In this document: positions 49,439-59,352 of the stretch, in pieces
Layout of the letters: each line of letters opens with the position of its first letter
Numbering within the stretch: position 1 is the stretch's first letter
Assembly: GCA_023665605.1 (NCBI GenBank)
Contig: JAMPDP010000001.1
Span: forward strand, 456,115 to 520,114
Length of the DNA stretch: 64,000 bases
Source: Candidatus Amulumruptor caecigallinarius
GTDB taxonomy: Bacteria > Bacteroidota > Bacteroidia > Bacteroidales > Muribaculaceae
Direction of reading: 5' to 3'
Notes under the pieces: generated by a model
Seen by the model: only the letters and a program-made list of their open reading frames with translations
What the model was told of the DNA's origin: nothing
The model's database searches: none
Position numbers and translations under genes: made by a program

Positions 49439-49945
49439 ATGAAACGCATCGGCATATTCTACGCATCATCCACCGGCACCACCGAGGAAATCGCTCTCCA
49501 ACTCGCCAAACTCCTTGACGTCGACAAGGCTGACGTTCGCAACGTCGCCTCATCTGCTCCTACCGAGGTCGCCGACTTCGACATCATACTCCTCGGAACC
49601 TCAACATGGGGTGCCGGCGACATGGAAGATGACATGATCGACTTTGCCGACGGCCTCAAAGCCATCGACCTAACAGGCAAGCAGGTAGCCCTATTTGGCT
49701 GCGGCGACACCTCCATGGCCGACACCTTCTGCGACGGCGTGGGCACCCTCTACGACGACCTAATCCCCACCAACTGCACATTCATTGACGAGTTCAACGT
49801 CGACGGCTACACCTTCAACCACTCCAAAGCCGTCCGTGGCGGCAAAGCCGTAGGCCTCCTCATCGACAACGTCAACCACCCCGACCTGACCCCCACCCGC
49901 CTCGACCTCTGGGCCACCACCATCCAACAAGCCGCCAAAGCCTGA
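49439..49945 (+). CDS. fldA: Long-chain flavodoxin
   Basis: MKRIGIFYASSTGTTEEIA (the T/SxTGxT FMN loop). 168 aa. Confidence 0.85.
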   Translation: MKRIGIFYASSTGTTEEIALQLAKLLDVDKADVRNVASSAPTEVADFDIILLGTSTWGAGDMEDDMIDFADGLKAIDLTGKQVALFGCGDTSMADTFCDGVGTLYDDLIPTNCTFIDEFNVDGYTFNHSKAVRGGKAVGLLIDNVNHPDLTPTRLDLWATTIQQAAKA

Positions 49946-49966
49946 CCCCCACCCCAATTGTATGGA

Positions 49967-50093
49967 GGGTGTTGCAAAACCGGCAATTTCCGTCAATTTG
50001 TAGGGATGCACCGTGGTGCATCCGCTGATTTACAGATTGTTGCGCCGGATGCACCACGGTGCATCCCTACAAGCTGATGGTTTTGCAACACCC
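49967..50093 (-). repeat. Family-A palindromic repeat, copy 3 (inverted orientation)
   Basis: Reverse-complement match to copy 1. Confidence 0.85.
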
Positions 50094-50133
50094 TCGCGCC
50101 ATACTCGCCACAGAATGGTATAACCCCGCACCG

Positions 50134-50248
50134 AGCGTCCGCAGGACGCCGATTTACTCGTAGCCCCGGAAGCCGAAGCGAAGCGAAGGCATCCGGGGTC
50201 ACAGTCACCCCCCCCAAAAGGCGTCCGCAGGACGCCGATTTACAACAT
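50134..50248 (+). repeat. Family-B repeat, copy 2. It lies immediately 3' of family-A copy 3.
   Basis: Sequence identity to the copies at 42085 and 54560. Confidence 0.85.
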
Positions 50249-50366
50249 CAGGTGTCTGCCCCTCAATCTATTTTAACAATATTTCACAATTGGGGGGGGG
50301 TAAATCCACCCTTTCTACTTACCTTTGCCATCATTTCTCACATTTAACCAATCACTTATCTTGCAG

Positions 50367-53300
50367 ATGAAAAACCGCTTCTCAATGGCCAAGCTGGCTC
50401 TCGCAGCAACACTCCTCGCTGCTTCTGCCACAGCACAGGCCGAGCCCCGCTCCGTCTACATCGCGGGTATCTACAACCCGCATTTCGGCGGGGTGTGCTG
50501 GAATCCGCCTGTCACATCCCAGTTAGTGCCCACATATCAATATCAGCAGCTCTACGAGACCGCCGACGGCTCCAACGTCTTCACTGGCACCTTCGAGTTT
50601 CTGGCCAACCACCCTTTCCGCTTCTACACGGAGCTGTTCGACGACTCCGAGGAGGGAATCAACAATTATATCGCATATATTTCTAACATCGTAGCCCCCG
50701 CCTTCGACACTGACCCCGCACTCGGCAACGGCGAGAAAGGTTCGGCATACCTCACCGAGCGCGGCAACTCCAGCGTGTTCGACGGCACCGGTGTCTACTC
50801 CCCGCTCATTAGCTATAATGCCTCCGGCTGGATACTCCCTGCCAACCGCCAAGGCACTTACAAAGTGCTCCTTGACCTCAACGACACCAAAAATGTCAAA
50901 GTAACGCTAATCCCGGCATACAAATATTATGTCGTCCGCTCAGACCAATCGGATCCCACCCTCGCTACCATCGCTGACTACGCTCCCGTAGGCAACCCGT
51001 ACTTCATCGGCTACTTCCCCGCCGACGAAAACACTTTCGGCCTCTACGACCTCAGCAACGAGCAGTGGCTCAAACCCATTGACAACTTCACGATGGTATA
51101 TGGCTCTCAGGGGGAGCTCAATTGCAACGTCTCCACTTCGCGAGCTTCTTTCACGCTCCCCGACTGGCCCGGCGGCATCCTCTCGCTGATGGGCCCGGGT
51201 ACACCTGTCTACGAGCTGCTCCCCGACAAGCCCGTAACACAGCCCTACACCACTACAATTGCCACTCTCATCGGCGACTTCTCATACTGGAGCTTCTACG
51301 ATTCCCCACAATACAACTTCGCCGAACCCGTCTCTGAGTTTGACATCACCCTCCCCGCAGGCGCCCAATTTTGGAAGATGGTGCTCGGCACAACCTGGGA
51401 TGCCACCAACTTCGGCCTCAAAAATGTCACCAAGGCTGCCGACGGCTCTTTCGTCGTGGCTCTGGAGCTTAACGGCAACAATATCGAGTTCGATGTGCCC
51501 CTCACCTCGGACCTGAACGGACACGTCGACCTCTCCAAGCTCACCATCACTTTCCCCGCTTCGGCTCCCCTCACTGCCTCGGGCTCGGCCTCTAACGATG
51601 ACGGCTCCTACCCCGACTATGTCGACGAGCTCCTTGTGGAGATCCAGGGCTACGGCGTGACTCCATGGCAGGGTGCTTCGGCGGCGGTCATGGGCACCGT
51701 CACTCACCTCATCAAGCAGGCTGACGGCACCTACCGCAACGGTATGTTCCTCGACCGCCCCTTCCGCTTCATCAGCTCACGCGCTCCGCAGGGCGTTGTC
51801 TATGAGGTGATTGCCCCGGATGCCAACGGCTCGCTCCGCGAAGTGACTATGCCGGAGGCCACAGGCCACAGCTCGGCCGTAACAACCACCTCGGCCAAGG
51901 GCGGCTGGTGGACGGTGCCCACTGACCTCCTCGGCACCCACGTTGACGTCACCGTCGACTGCTCCGGCACTTCCCCCAAGGTTACTTTCTATGCCGAGAG
52001 CCGCAAGTCCGCCAACGCCATCTACCTCATAGGCTCAATCCAAGGGTGGAACATCGGCGACAGCTCTTGCCCGCTATACCTCACTGACAACGGCGGCTAT
52101 TACGGCTCATTCCCCATAAGGCCCTATGATGCAGACTCTATGCAGTTCCGCTTCTACACAGAATTAGGAACTTGGGGCAACGACGGGCAGCTCCCCGCTT
52201 TCGGCGCCAGTTCCTACGACATGGACAATGCTGAAATCTCTCTTGATGACAACGGCACATACTCAGGTTCAGGCACTCCCGGCAAAGGAAATTGGACTAT
52301 CACCAACTGGTCCGGATCAACTCTCTACGCCTACGTCAACATCAACTCTCTTCAGGTAATTTTCGCCAACCACCCCATCGCTGAGGCCGGCAACGTCCTC
52401 TCCCCGGACTACAAGCCTGACTGCATGTGGATTTACGACGAAGCCAAGGGCACTTCCGTCAAGATGAACAAGGTAGGCGACGACCTGTTCACCGCTGCCA
52501 TCAGCACTTCTGACCCGCAAGGCTACAAGTTCCGCCTCTTCTCGGCCCTCCCCACCATCGCACGCGACGAGGCCGCTTGGGGTACCGCTGATGCCTATGT
52601 GGCTGCCTCTGACGGCATCGCGCCCGATATGTTAGGCATCAGCGAGATTGACGTGACCGCGGTGTCCGACATCACCACGCCCGCGCCCATTTCCATTCCC
52701 CTCGACCCGGAGGCCAACCCCTACCACTACGTCACTTTTGACCGCGCGGCCGGCAAGGTTTACTTCGAGCCGCAGTATAGCTCGCGCATCTACCTCACCG
52801 GGGCCATCGCCAATGGCCGCGAGCTCACCTACGCCAACCGCGCCGACTGGTCCCACCTCTCTGTAAATGAGAACGGCGGCATCGTCTACATCCCAGAGGG
52901 CAAGTTTGACTTCACTCCCGTCAACTTCATTTGCCCCGGCACTGAAAAGGCCACATCTGAGCGAAACGTGGTTTGGGACACCTACGGCATGATGACTTTC
53001 CCGGTTGACTACTCGGCTTACCGCTACGACGGCATCCTTGACTACTCGCTCCGCTGCGACGGTTGGACCGGCGGCAACGTGGCCATCCGCAAACACGCCA
53101 TCGCTGACCTCACCGGCCTCACCTCCATCACAGCCAACATCGGCAACTCCCTCGCATCCGGCTCGGCACCGCTCACCAAGCAGGCTGACGGCACTTTCAA
53201 GGGCAAAGTCGCTTACTCTGAGGCTGATGCCTCCACCGGCCTCTACTTCATTGCGAAGGCTTCTCCCGAGTCGTCAAGGTATGACTTCTGCATCACCTCG

Positions 53301-54500
53301 ACTGCTGCCTACACCTCCATCGGCGACCTCGTCAACGAGGGTGCCAACGTGCTCCGCAGCGATGCCGGCACATACTCCGCACCCCTCGCCTTCAACGGCC
53401 TCTCATTCACTCTGCCGGGCCTCTTGGGAGCCGGCGAACTTGACGTCAAGCTCGACCTTGCCAATATGCGCATGACGGCTGTCAACTCCGGTGCCGAGGC
53501 CCCCGTCTATGAGGCGGTGGCTGACGAGAACTCCCCCCTCAACGGCGCCCTCATCACCCCCTCCACTGAGAATCCTGATGTCATGGTGATGGAGTACAAG
53601 ACGGTAGCCCCCACCGAGGAGGCTCCCCTGGAGTTCAACTTCGCTCGCCCTGACGGCTCGGTGCTCGTCCCCGAGGGTGGCAACACCACCATCGAGTTCG
53701 GCCCGGACGGCATCTACACCGGCTCCATAGCCGTGGCCTCTACGCAGCGCACGCTCTCTCGCTCGGCCCTGCGCACAGCCGCCTCTGCCTCCTCCAAGTG
53801 GCAGCTCTCGCTCCCCGAGGGTATGGCATCAACCGACCTCAGCACTGTCATCAACGAGGCTGAGGGTACCATCACCATCTTCTCCTCGGCCCATAACTCG
53901 GATGTTTACTACATCTCATGGACTGACAACGAGACGTTTGCATCTTCCACCACTTCGCTGCTCAACCTCAACGACGGCAACTCTCGCACGCTCGTCCGCA
54001 ACACTGACGGCATATTCACCGGTGAGTTTGTCCCCGCCGGTGAGTCGGTAGCTCTGATGTTCCACACCATCCCCGGCGGCAACAGCGGCAAGTGGGGTTC
54101 TTACATCTCCCTCCCCTCTGGTGTCAACGAAATGACATTTGACCTTACCTCCACCTCTGAGGTATCGCGTCAGGCGCTCTCCTCATCCCTCTACTACACA
54201 TGGGGGCTCAAAGCCCCCGAGGGCAAGGTGAACATCGCTTTCGACCCTGAGCTATGCACCCTCACCATGGTTCACAGCTCGGCATCAGTAGAGAGCGTCG
54301 CCGCTGAGGCCGCAGGTCAACTCACCCTCATACCCGCCGAGGGCTGCATCCGTGTCTGGGCCCCCGAGGCCACCGTCATCGAGGTTCACAACCTCAGCGG
54401 TGCCCTCGTCAAGCGCGTCAACGCACCCGCCGGCCACTCCTCCATCACCCTCCCCGCCGGCTACTACACCGCAGCCCAAACCAAGCTCCTGGTCAAGTAA
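50367..54500 (+). CDS. Giant secreted surface protein (about 1377 aa) with an N-terminal signal peptide and a C-terminal T9SS sorting domain. Function unknown.
   Basis: The start was trimmed to MKNRFSMAKLALAATLLAASATAQA. The last roughly 80 aa (…LTLIPAEGCIRVWAPEATVIEVHNLSGALVKRVNAPAGHSSITLPAGYYTAAQTKLLVK) fit the Por_Secre_tail pattern. The interior is Gly/Thr/Ser-rich, beta-rich and repetitive, with no catalytic motif I can identify. Confidence 0.7.
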   Translation: MKNRFSMAKLALAATLLAASATAQAEPRSVYIAGIYNPHFGGVCWNPPVTSQLVPTYQYQQLYETADGSNVFTGTFEFLANHPFRFYTELFDDSEEGINNYIAYISNIVAPAFDTDPALGNGEKGSAYLTERGNSSVFDGTGVYSPLISYNASGWILPANRQGTYKVLLDLNDTKNVKVTLIPAYKYYVVRSDQSDPTLATIADYAPVGNPYFIGYFPADENTFGLYDLSNEQWLKPIDNFTMVYGSQGELNCNVSTSRASFTLPDWPGGILSLMGPGTPVYELLPDKPVTQPYTTTIATLIGDFSYWSFYDSPQYNFAEPVSEFDITLPAGAQFWKMVLGTTWDATNFGLKNVTKAADGSFVVALELNGNNIEFDVPLTSDLNGHVDLSKLTITFPASAPLTASGSASNDDGSYPDYVDELLVEIQGYGVTPWQGASAAVMGTVTHLIKQADGTYRNGMFLDRPFRFISSRAPQGVVYEVIAPDANGSLREVTMPEATGHSSAVTTTSAKGGWWTVPTDLLGTHVDVTVDCSGTSPKVTFYAESRKSANAIYLIGSIQGWNIGDSSCPLYLTDNGGYYGSFPIRPYDADSMQFRFYTELGTWGNDGQLPAFGASSYDMDNAEISLDDNGTYSGSGTPGKGNWTITNWSGSTLYAYVNINSLQVIFANHPIAEAGNVLSPDYKPDCMWIYDEAKGTSVKMNKVGDDLFTAAISTSDPQGYKFRLFSALPTIARDEAAWGTADAYVAASDGIAPDMLGISEIDVTAVSDITTPAPISIPLDPEANPYHYVTFDRAAGKVYFEPQYSSRIYLTGAIANGRELTYANRADWSHLSVNENGGIVYIPEGKFDFTPVNFICPGTEKATSERNVVWDTYGMMTFPVDYSAYRYDGILDYSLRCDGWTGGNVAIRKHAIADLTGLTSITANIGNSLASGSAPLTKQADGTFKGKVAYSEADASTGLYFIAKASPESSRYDFCITSTAAYTSIGDLVNEGANVLRSDAGTYSAPLAFNGLSFTLPGLLGAGELDVKLDLANMRMTAVNSGAEAPVYEAVADENSPLNGALITPSTENPDVMVMEYKTVAPTEEAPLEFNFARPDGSVLVPEGGNTTIEFGPDGIYTGSIAVASTQRTLSRSALRTAASASSKWQLSLPEGMASTDLSTVINEAEGTITIFSSAHNSDVYYISWTDNETFASSTTSLLNLNDGNSRTLVRNTDGIFTGEFVPAGESVALMFHTIPGGNSGKWGSYISLPSGVNEMTFDLTSTSEVSRQALSSSLYYTWGLKAPEGKVNIAFDPELCTLTMVHSSASVESVAAEAAGQLTLIPAEGCIRVWAPEATVIEVHNLSGALVKRVNAPAGHSSITLPAGYYTAAQTKLLVK

Positions 54501-54559
54501 CCCCCGGGTTACCCCTCCCCCTCTCTCCCCTCCGAGAAGGGGAGCAAAACCACCTAAGG

Positions 54560-54668
54560 AGCGTCCGCAGGACGCTGATTTACCGTAGCCCCGGAAGCCG
54601 AAGCGTAGCGCAGGCATCCGGGGTTACATGCATCTCAGCAACGGGCGTCCGCAGGACGCCGATTTACA
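54560..54668 (+). repeat. Family-B repeat, copy 3
   Basis: Sequence identity. It lies 60 bp after the giant gene's stop. Confidence 0.85.
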
Positions 54669-54781
54669 TCCCCGCAAAAATCCCCCCACACATACCGCGA
54701 TTTTGCCAAAAACTCAGTACCTTTGCAGTCAGCTTAAAATCCACCCCCTCGCGGGTGACACCCCCCTTCACATATACAGCC

Positions 54782-57700
54782 ATGGAGAAGAAATTCAACA
54801 TCTACGATAAATTCAACCTCTCGGACATCAACAAGGAGATGCTCGACCGCTGGAAGAAGCAGGGCCTCTTTGAGCGTAGCATCAAGGAGCGCGAGGGCGC
54901 TCCATCCTTCGTATTCTACGAAGGCCCCCCATCCGCCAACGGCATGCCCGGCATACACCACGTGATGGCCCGCACCATCAAGGACATCTTCTGCCGTTAC
55001 AAGACCATGAAGGGGTTCCACGTAAAGCGCAAGGCCGGCTGGGACACACACGGCCTCCCCGTGGAGCTCGGCGTGGAGAAGAGCCTCGGCATCACCAAGG
55101 AGGACATCGGCAAGAAAATCTCCGTGGACGACTACAACGCCGCTTGCCGCCGCGAGGTGATGAAATACACTCGCGAGTGGGAGACTCTCACCGACCGCAT
55201 GGGCTACTGGGTGGATATGCGCGACCCCTACATCACCTACGACAACCGCTACATCGAGAGCGTATGGTGGCTCCTCAAGCAGCTCTATGACAAGGGATTC
55301 CTTTACAAGGGCTACACCATACAGCCCTACTCACCCGCTGCCGGTACCGGCCTGAGCACTCACGAGCTCAACCAGCCAGGATGCTACCGCGATGTCAAGG
55401 ACACCACCTGCATCGCCGAGTTTGAGGTCTCTGACCCCACCGAGGCAATGCAGGGATGGGGCAAGGCTTACTTCCTCTGCTGGACAACCACGCCCTGGAC
55501 TCTCCCCAGCAACTGCGCCATAGCCGTAGGCCCCAATATTGACTACTGCGTGGTGCGCACCTACAACCCCTACTCCCATGCCCGCCAGACCGTCATCGTG
55601 GCACGCGACCTCCTCGGCTCGCTCTTCAATGCCAAGGCAGCGGACCTCCCTCTGGAGGAGTATGACGGCGGCAAGCTCATACCCTGGCAGGTGGTGGCCA
55701 CTCTCAAGGGGAGCGACCTCACAGGCATGACCTACCGCCAGCTCATGCCCTGGGTGAACCCCGGCGAGGGTGCTTTCCGCGTGATTCCCGCGGACTATGT
55801 CACCACCTCCGACGGCACCGGTCTGGTGCACATCGCCGGAACATTCGGCGCCGACGACAACCGCGTGAGCAAGCTCAACGGCGTGCCCGCGATGCTCCTC
55901 ACCGACCGCGACGGCAATCAGCGCCCCATGGTGGACCCCACAGGACGCTTCTACCGCATCGAGGACCTCGACCCGAAGTTCGTTGCCGAGCGTATGGATG
56001 CCGACGCCTACCTCCCCTGGGCCGGCCGTTACGTCAAAAACGCTTTCGACCCTGCCGCTGACGACTCCACGGAGACTCTTGACGTGGCCATCTGTATGTG
56101 GCTCAAGGAGCAGGGGCAGGTGTTCAAGATTGAGAAACACGTACACAGCTACCCCCACTGCTGGCGCACGGACAAGCCCGTGCTCTACTACCCGCTCGAC
56201 AGCTGGTTCATCCGCACCACCGCCGTCCGCGAGCGTCTGATGGAGCTCAACAAGACTATCAAGTGGAAGCCCGAGAGCACCGGCTCCGGACGCTTCGGCA
56301 AGTGGCTCGAGAACCTCCAGGACTGGAACCTCTCGCGCAGCCGCTACTGGGGCACACCCCTCCCCGTGTGGCGCACCGAGGATGGTGCCGAGGAGCTTTG
56401 CATCGACTCGGTGGCCACCCTCTTTGCCGAGATTGACAAGGCTGTGGAGGCCGGGCTGATGAAGAGCAACCCTTACCGCGACCGTGGCTTCACTCCCGGC
56501 GTGATGACCAAGGAGAACTATGAGAAGATTGACCTCCACCGCCCATATGTGGACGACATAATCCTGCTCAGCCCCTCCGGCAAGCCCATGAAGCGCGAGA
56601 CGGACCTCATCGACGTCTGGTTTGACAGCGGCTCGATGCCCTACGCGCAGCTCCACTACCCCTTCGAGAACAAACAGGGGCTGGAGAGCGGCGAACTCTT
56701 CCCCGCCGACTTCATCGCCGAGGGCGTGGACCAGACGCGCGGATGGTTCTTCACGCTCCATGCCATCGCCGGCATGATATTTGACTCGGTGGCCTACAAG
56801 GCTGTGGTGTCTAACGGCCTTGTGCTCGACAAGGATGGCAACAAGATGAGCAAGCGCCTGGGCAATGCCGTGAACCCCTTCGAGGCCATCGAGGAGCTCG
56901 GCAGCGACCCCCTGCGCTGGTACATGATAGCCAACTCATCACCCTGGGACAACCTGAAGTTTGACAAGGCCGGCGTAACCGAGGTGGCACGCAAGCTCTT
57001 CTCCACGCTCCACAACACCTACGGCTTCTTCGCCCTCTACGCCAACGTGGACGGATTCACCGGCACCGAGCCGGTGGTGCCCGTGGCTGAACGCCCCGAG
57101 ATTGACCGCTGGGTCATCTCACTGCTCAACACCCTTGTGAAGGATGTCGACGAGGCCCTTGCCGACTACGAACCCACCAAGGCGGCCCGCGCCATCAATG
57201 ATTTTGTCAACGACAACCTCTCTAACTGGTACGTGCGCCTCAACCGCAAGCGTTTCTGGGCCGGCGAGATGACCGCCGACAAGCTCGCGGCCTATCAGAC
57301 CCTCTACACCTGCCTGGAGACGGTGGCGCGCCTCATGGCCCCCATCGCCCCGTTCTACGCTGACCGGCTCTATCTTGACCTGACAGGCGTCACCGGCGGC
57401 GGCGCCGACAGCGTGCACCTGGCGGACTTCCCCGTTCCCGACCAGAGCCTCATTAACCCCACTCTGGAGCGCAACATGGCTGTGGCCCAGGCCATCACAT
57501 CTATGGTGCTCGCTCTGCGCCGCAAGGTCAACATCAAGGTGCGTCAGCCTCTGCGCAGCATCATGGTGCCGGTGGTTGACGATGCCCAGCGCGCCGCCGT
57601 GGAGGCCATGTGCGACCTCATCAAGAGCGAGGTCAACGTCAAGGAGATCAAGATCACCGATGCCTCGGCAGGTGTGCTCGTCAAGCGCGTCAAGCCGGAC

Positions 57701-58216
57701 TTCAAGAAGCTCGGCCCCAAGCATGGCAAAGCCATGAAGCAGGTGGCAGCCGCCATCCAGCAGATGCCTCAGAGCCAGATTGCCCTGCTTGAGAAGGAGG
57801 GCTCGGTGATGCTCGACATCAACGGCTCTCTCACCCCGGTGGACCTTGCCGACGTGGAGGTCATCTCCGAGGATATCCCCGGATGGCTCGTGGCCAACGA
57901 GGGCTCGCTCACCGTGGCTCTGGATGTCACCGTCACCCCGGAGCTCCGCCTCGAAGGCATTGCCCGCGAGCTGGTGAACCGCATTCAGAACCTGCGCAAG
58001 AGCATGGGCCTGGACATCACTGACCGTGTGAACGTCACCGTCGATGCCTCCGCGCCCGACACTGCCGAGGTGGCCGCCGCCGTCAGCGAGTACGGCCCGT
58101 TCATCAGCCGCCAGGTGCTCGCCACTTCCCTGGTCAACGCGCCCGTCACCGGCGAAGCTACCGAAGTACTCGACCTCGACGGCATCAACGTCCCCGTAAA
58201 CATCACCAAGGCCTGA
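54782..58216 (+). CDS. ileS: Isoleucyl-tRNA synthetase
   Basis: The start was trimmed to MEKKFNIYDKFN. HIGH (PSANGMPGIHH) and KMSKS (KMSKRLGN) motifs. About 1144 aa. The -7 motif TACCTTTG lies at 54718-54725. Confidence 0.93.
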   Translation: MEKKFNIYDKFNLSDINKEMLDRWKKQGLFERSIKEREGAPSFVFYEGPPSANGMPGIHHVMARTIKDIFCRYKTMKGFHVKRKAGWDTHGLPVELGVEKSLGITKEDIGKKISVDDYNAACRREVMKYTREWETLTDRMGYWVDMRDPYITYDNRYIESVWWLLKQLYDKGFLYKGYTIQPYSPAAGTGLSTHELNQPGCYRDVKDTTCIAEFEVSDPTEAMQGWGKAYFLCWTTTPWTLPSNCAIAVGPNIDYCVVRTYNPYSHARQTVIVARDLLGSLFNAKAADLPLEEYDGGKLIPWQVVATLKGSDLTGMTYRQLMPWVNPGEGAFRVIPADYVTTSDGTGLVHIAGTFGADDNRVSKLNGVPAMLLTDRDGNQRPMVDPTGRFYRIEDLDPKFVAERMDADAYLPWAGRYVKNAFDPAADDSTETLDVAICMWLKEQGQVFKIEKHVHSYPHCWRTDKPVLYYPLDSWFIRTTAVRERLMELNKTIKWKPESTGSGRFGKWLENLQDWNLSRSRYWGTPLPVWRTEDGAEELCIDSVATLFAEIDKAVEAGLMKSNPYRDRGFTPGVMTKENYEKIDLHRPYVDDIILLSPSGKPMKRETDLIDVWFDSGSMPYAQLHYPFENKQGLESGELFPADFIAEGVDQTRGWFFTLHAIAGMIFDSVAYKAVVSNGLVLDKDGNKMSKRLGNAVNPFEAIEELGSDPLRWYMIANSSPWDNLKFDKAGVTEVARKLFSTLHNTYGFFALYANVDGFTGTEPVVPVAERPEIDRWVISLLNTLVKDVDEALADYEPTKAARAINDFVNDNLSNWYVRLNRKRFWAGEMTADKLAAYQTLYTCLETVARLMAPIAPFYADRLYLDLTGVTGGGADSVHLADFPVPDQSLINPTLERNMAVAQAITSMVLALRRKVNIKVRQPLRSIMVPVVDDAQRAAVEAMCDLIKSEVNVKEIKITDASAGVLVKRVKPDFKKLGPKHGKAMKQVAAAIQQMPQSQIALLEKEGSVMLDINGSLTPVDLADVEVISEDIPGWLVANEGSLTVALDVTVTPELRLEGIARELVNRIQNLRKSMGLDITDRVNVTVDASAPDTAEVAAAVSEYGPFISRQVLATSLVNAPVTGEATEVLDLDGINVPVNITKA

Positions 58217-58301
58217 CCAAAGCACCCCCATATCACTCCTCAGAACCAAAGCCCCGCAACAAATCTTCTTACCAATAACCCCTCACAACCAACCGAAAAC
58301 A

Positions 58302-58676
58302 ATGTCTGAGAAAACCCGTTACTCTGACGAAGAGCTCCAGGAATTCAAAGAGCTCATCCTCGCCAAGCTCGACAAGGCCAAGCGCGAGTATGAGCTTCTT
58401 AAGGCCGATGTCACCAACAGCGACGGCAACGACACCGCCGACACAAGCCCCACCTTCAAGGTACTCGAAGAGGGCGCAAGCACCCTCGGCAAGGAGGCCT
58501 CCGGGCGGCTGGCGCAGCGTCAGATGAAGTTCATCCAGAACCTCCAGGCCGCGCTCGTACGCATCGAGAACAAGACCTACGGCATCTGCCGCGAGACCGG
58601 CAAGCTAATCCCCAAGGAGAGGCTCCGCGCCGTGCCACACGCCACCCTCTGCATCGAGGTCAAGAACCGCAAGTAA
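58302..58676 (+). CDS. DksA/TraR-family C4 zinc-finger regulator
   Basis: 124 aa with an N-terminal coiled coil. The C-terminal Cys pair (CRETG...C) is partly degenerate. The gene sits in the conserved position between ileS and lspA. Confidence 0.65.
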   Translation: MSEKTRYSDEELQEFKELILAKLDKAKREYELLKADVTNSDGNDTADTSPTFKVLEEGASTLGKEASGRLAQRQMKFIQNLQAALVRIENKTYGICRETGKLIPKERLRAVPHATLCIEVKNRK

Positions 58677-58731
58677 CCCCATACGACCCTCTGCGGTCTC
58701 CACCCCATCACATCCCATCCCGTCCCGCCTG

Positions 58732-59352
58732 ATGTCAAAGACCCGACTGTCACTGCTCATCTTCTTCCTCGTCATCATCCTTGATCAGCTCCTGAAGATA
58801 TGGGTGAAGACCCATATGTATCTCGGCGAGTCGATAGAGATCCTGCCCTGGTTTGAGCTGCTGTTCGTCCAGAACAACGGCATGGCTTTCGGCATCGAGC
58901 TGGGGAGCAAGATATTCCTGACACTCTTCCGCATCATCGTGGCCGGGGCGGTGCTGTGGTACATATGGCGCATCCGCCACCGCAATGACCTCCCGGCAGG
59001 CTACGTGGCATGCTTCGCGCTGATAGCCGCCGGGGCCGCCGGCAACATCATTGACTGTATGTTCTACGGTCTGGTGTTCAACGACCCCCTCCCTCCCGAG
59101 GTGGCCACGCTGCTCCCCGCCGGCGGCGGCTACGCACCGTTCCTGATGGGCAAGGTGGTGGATATGCTCTACTTCCCGCTGTTCAGCTTCTACTGGCCGG
59201 AGTGGATGCCGGTGGTGGGGGGCGAGCACTTCCTGTTTTTCCAGCCGGTGTTCAACCTGGCCGATGCCGCCATCACCGTGGGGCTGCTTGTGCTGGTGAT
59301 ATTCTACGGCAAGGTGTTCTCACGCGCCGACGCCTCCCCCAAAGCTGAGTGA
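58732..59352 (+). CDS. lspA: Lipoprotein signal peptidase II
   Basis: Four TM helices and a peptidase A8 signature (NNGMAFGI, FNLADAAI). Confidence 0.85.
   Translation: MSKTRLSLLIFFLVIILDQLLKIWVKTHMYLGESIEILPWFELLFVQNNGMAFGIELGSKIFLTLFRIIVAGAVLWYIWRIRHRNDLPAGYVACFALIAAGAAGNIIDCMFYGLVFNDPLPPEVATLLPAGGGYAPFLMGKVVDMLYFPLFSFYWPEWMPVVGGEHFLFFQPVFNLADAAITVGLLVLVIFYGKVFSRADASPKAE

Noticed and set aside
55331-56761. Antisense ORFs inside ileS: a 476-aa one (55331-56761) and a 376-aa one (57119-58249).
   Set aside because: They are on the strand opposite to a gene with unmistakable HIGH/KMSKS motifs. High-GC DNA routinely yields long stop-free antisense frames. Their products are low-complexity (G/A/V/H-rich) with no motifs.
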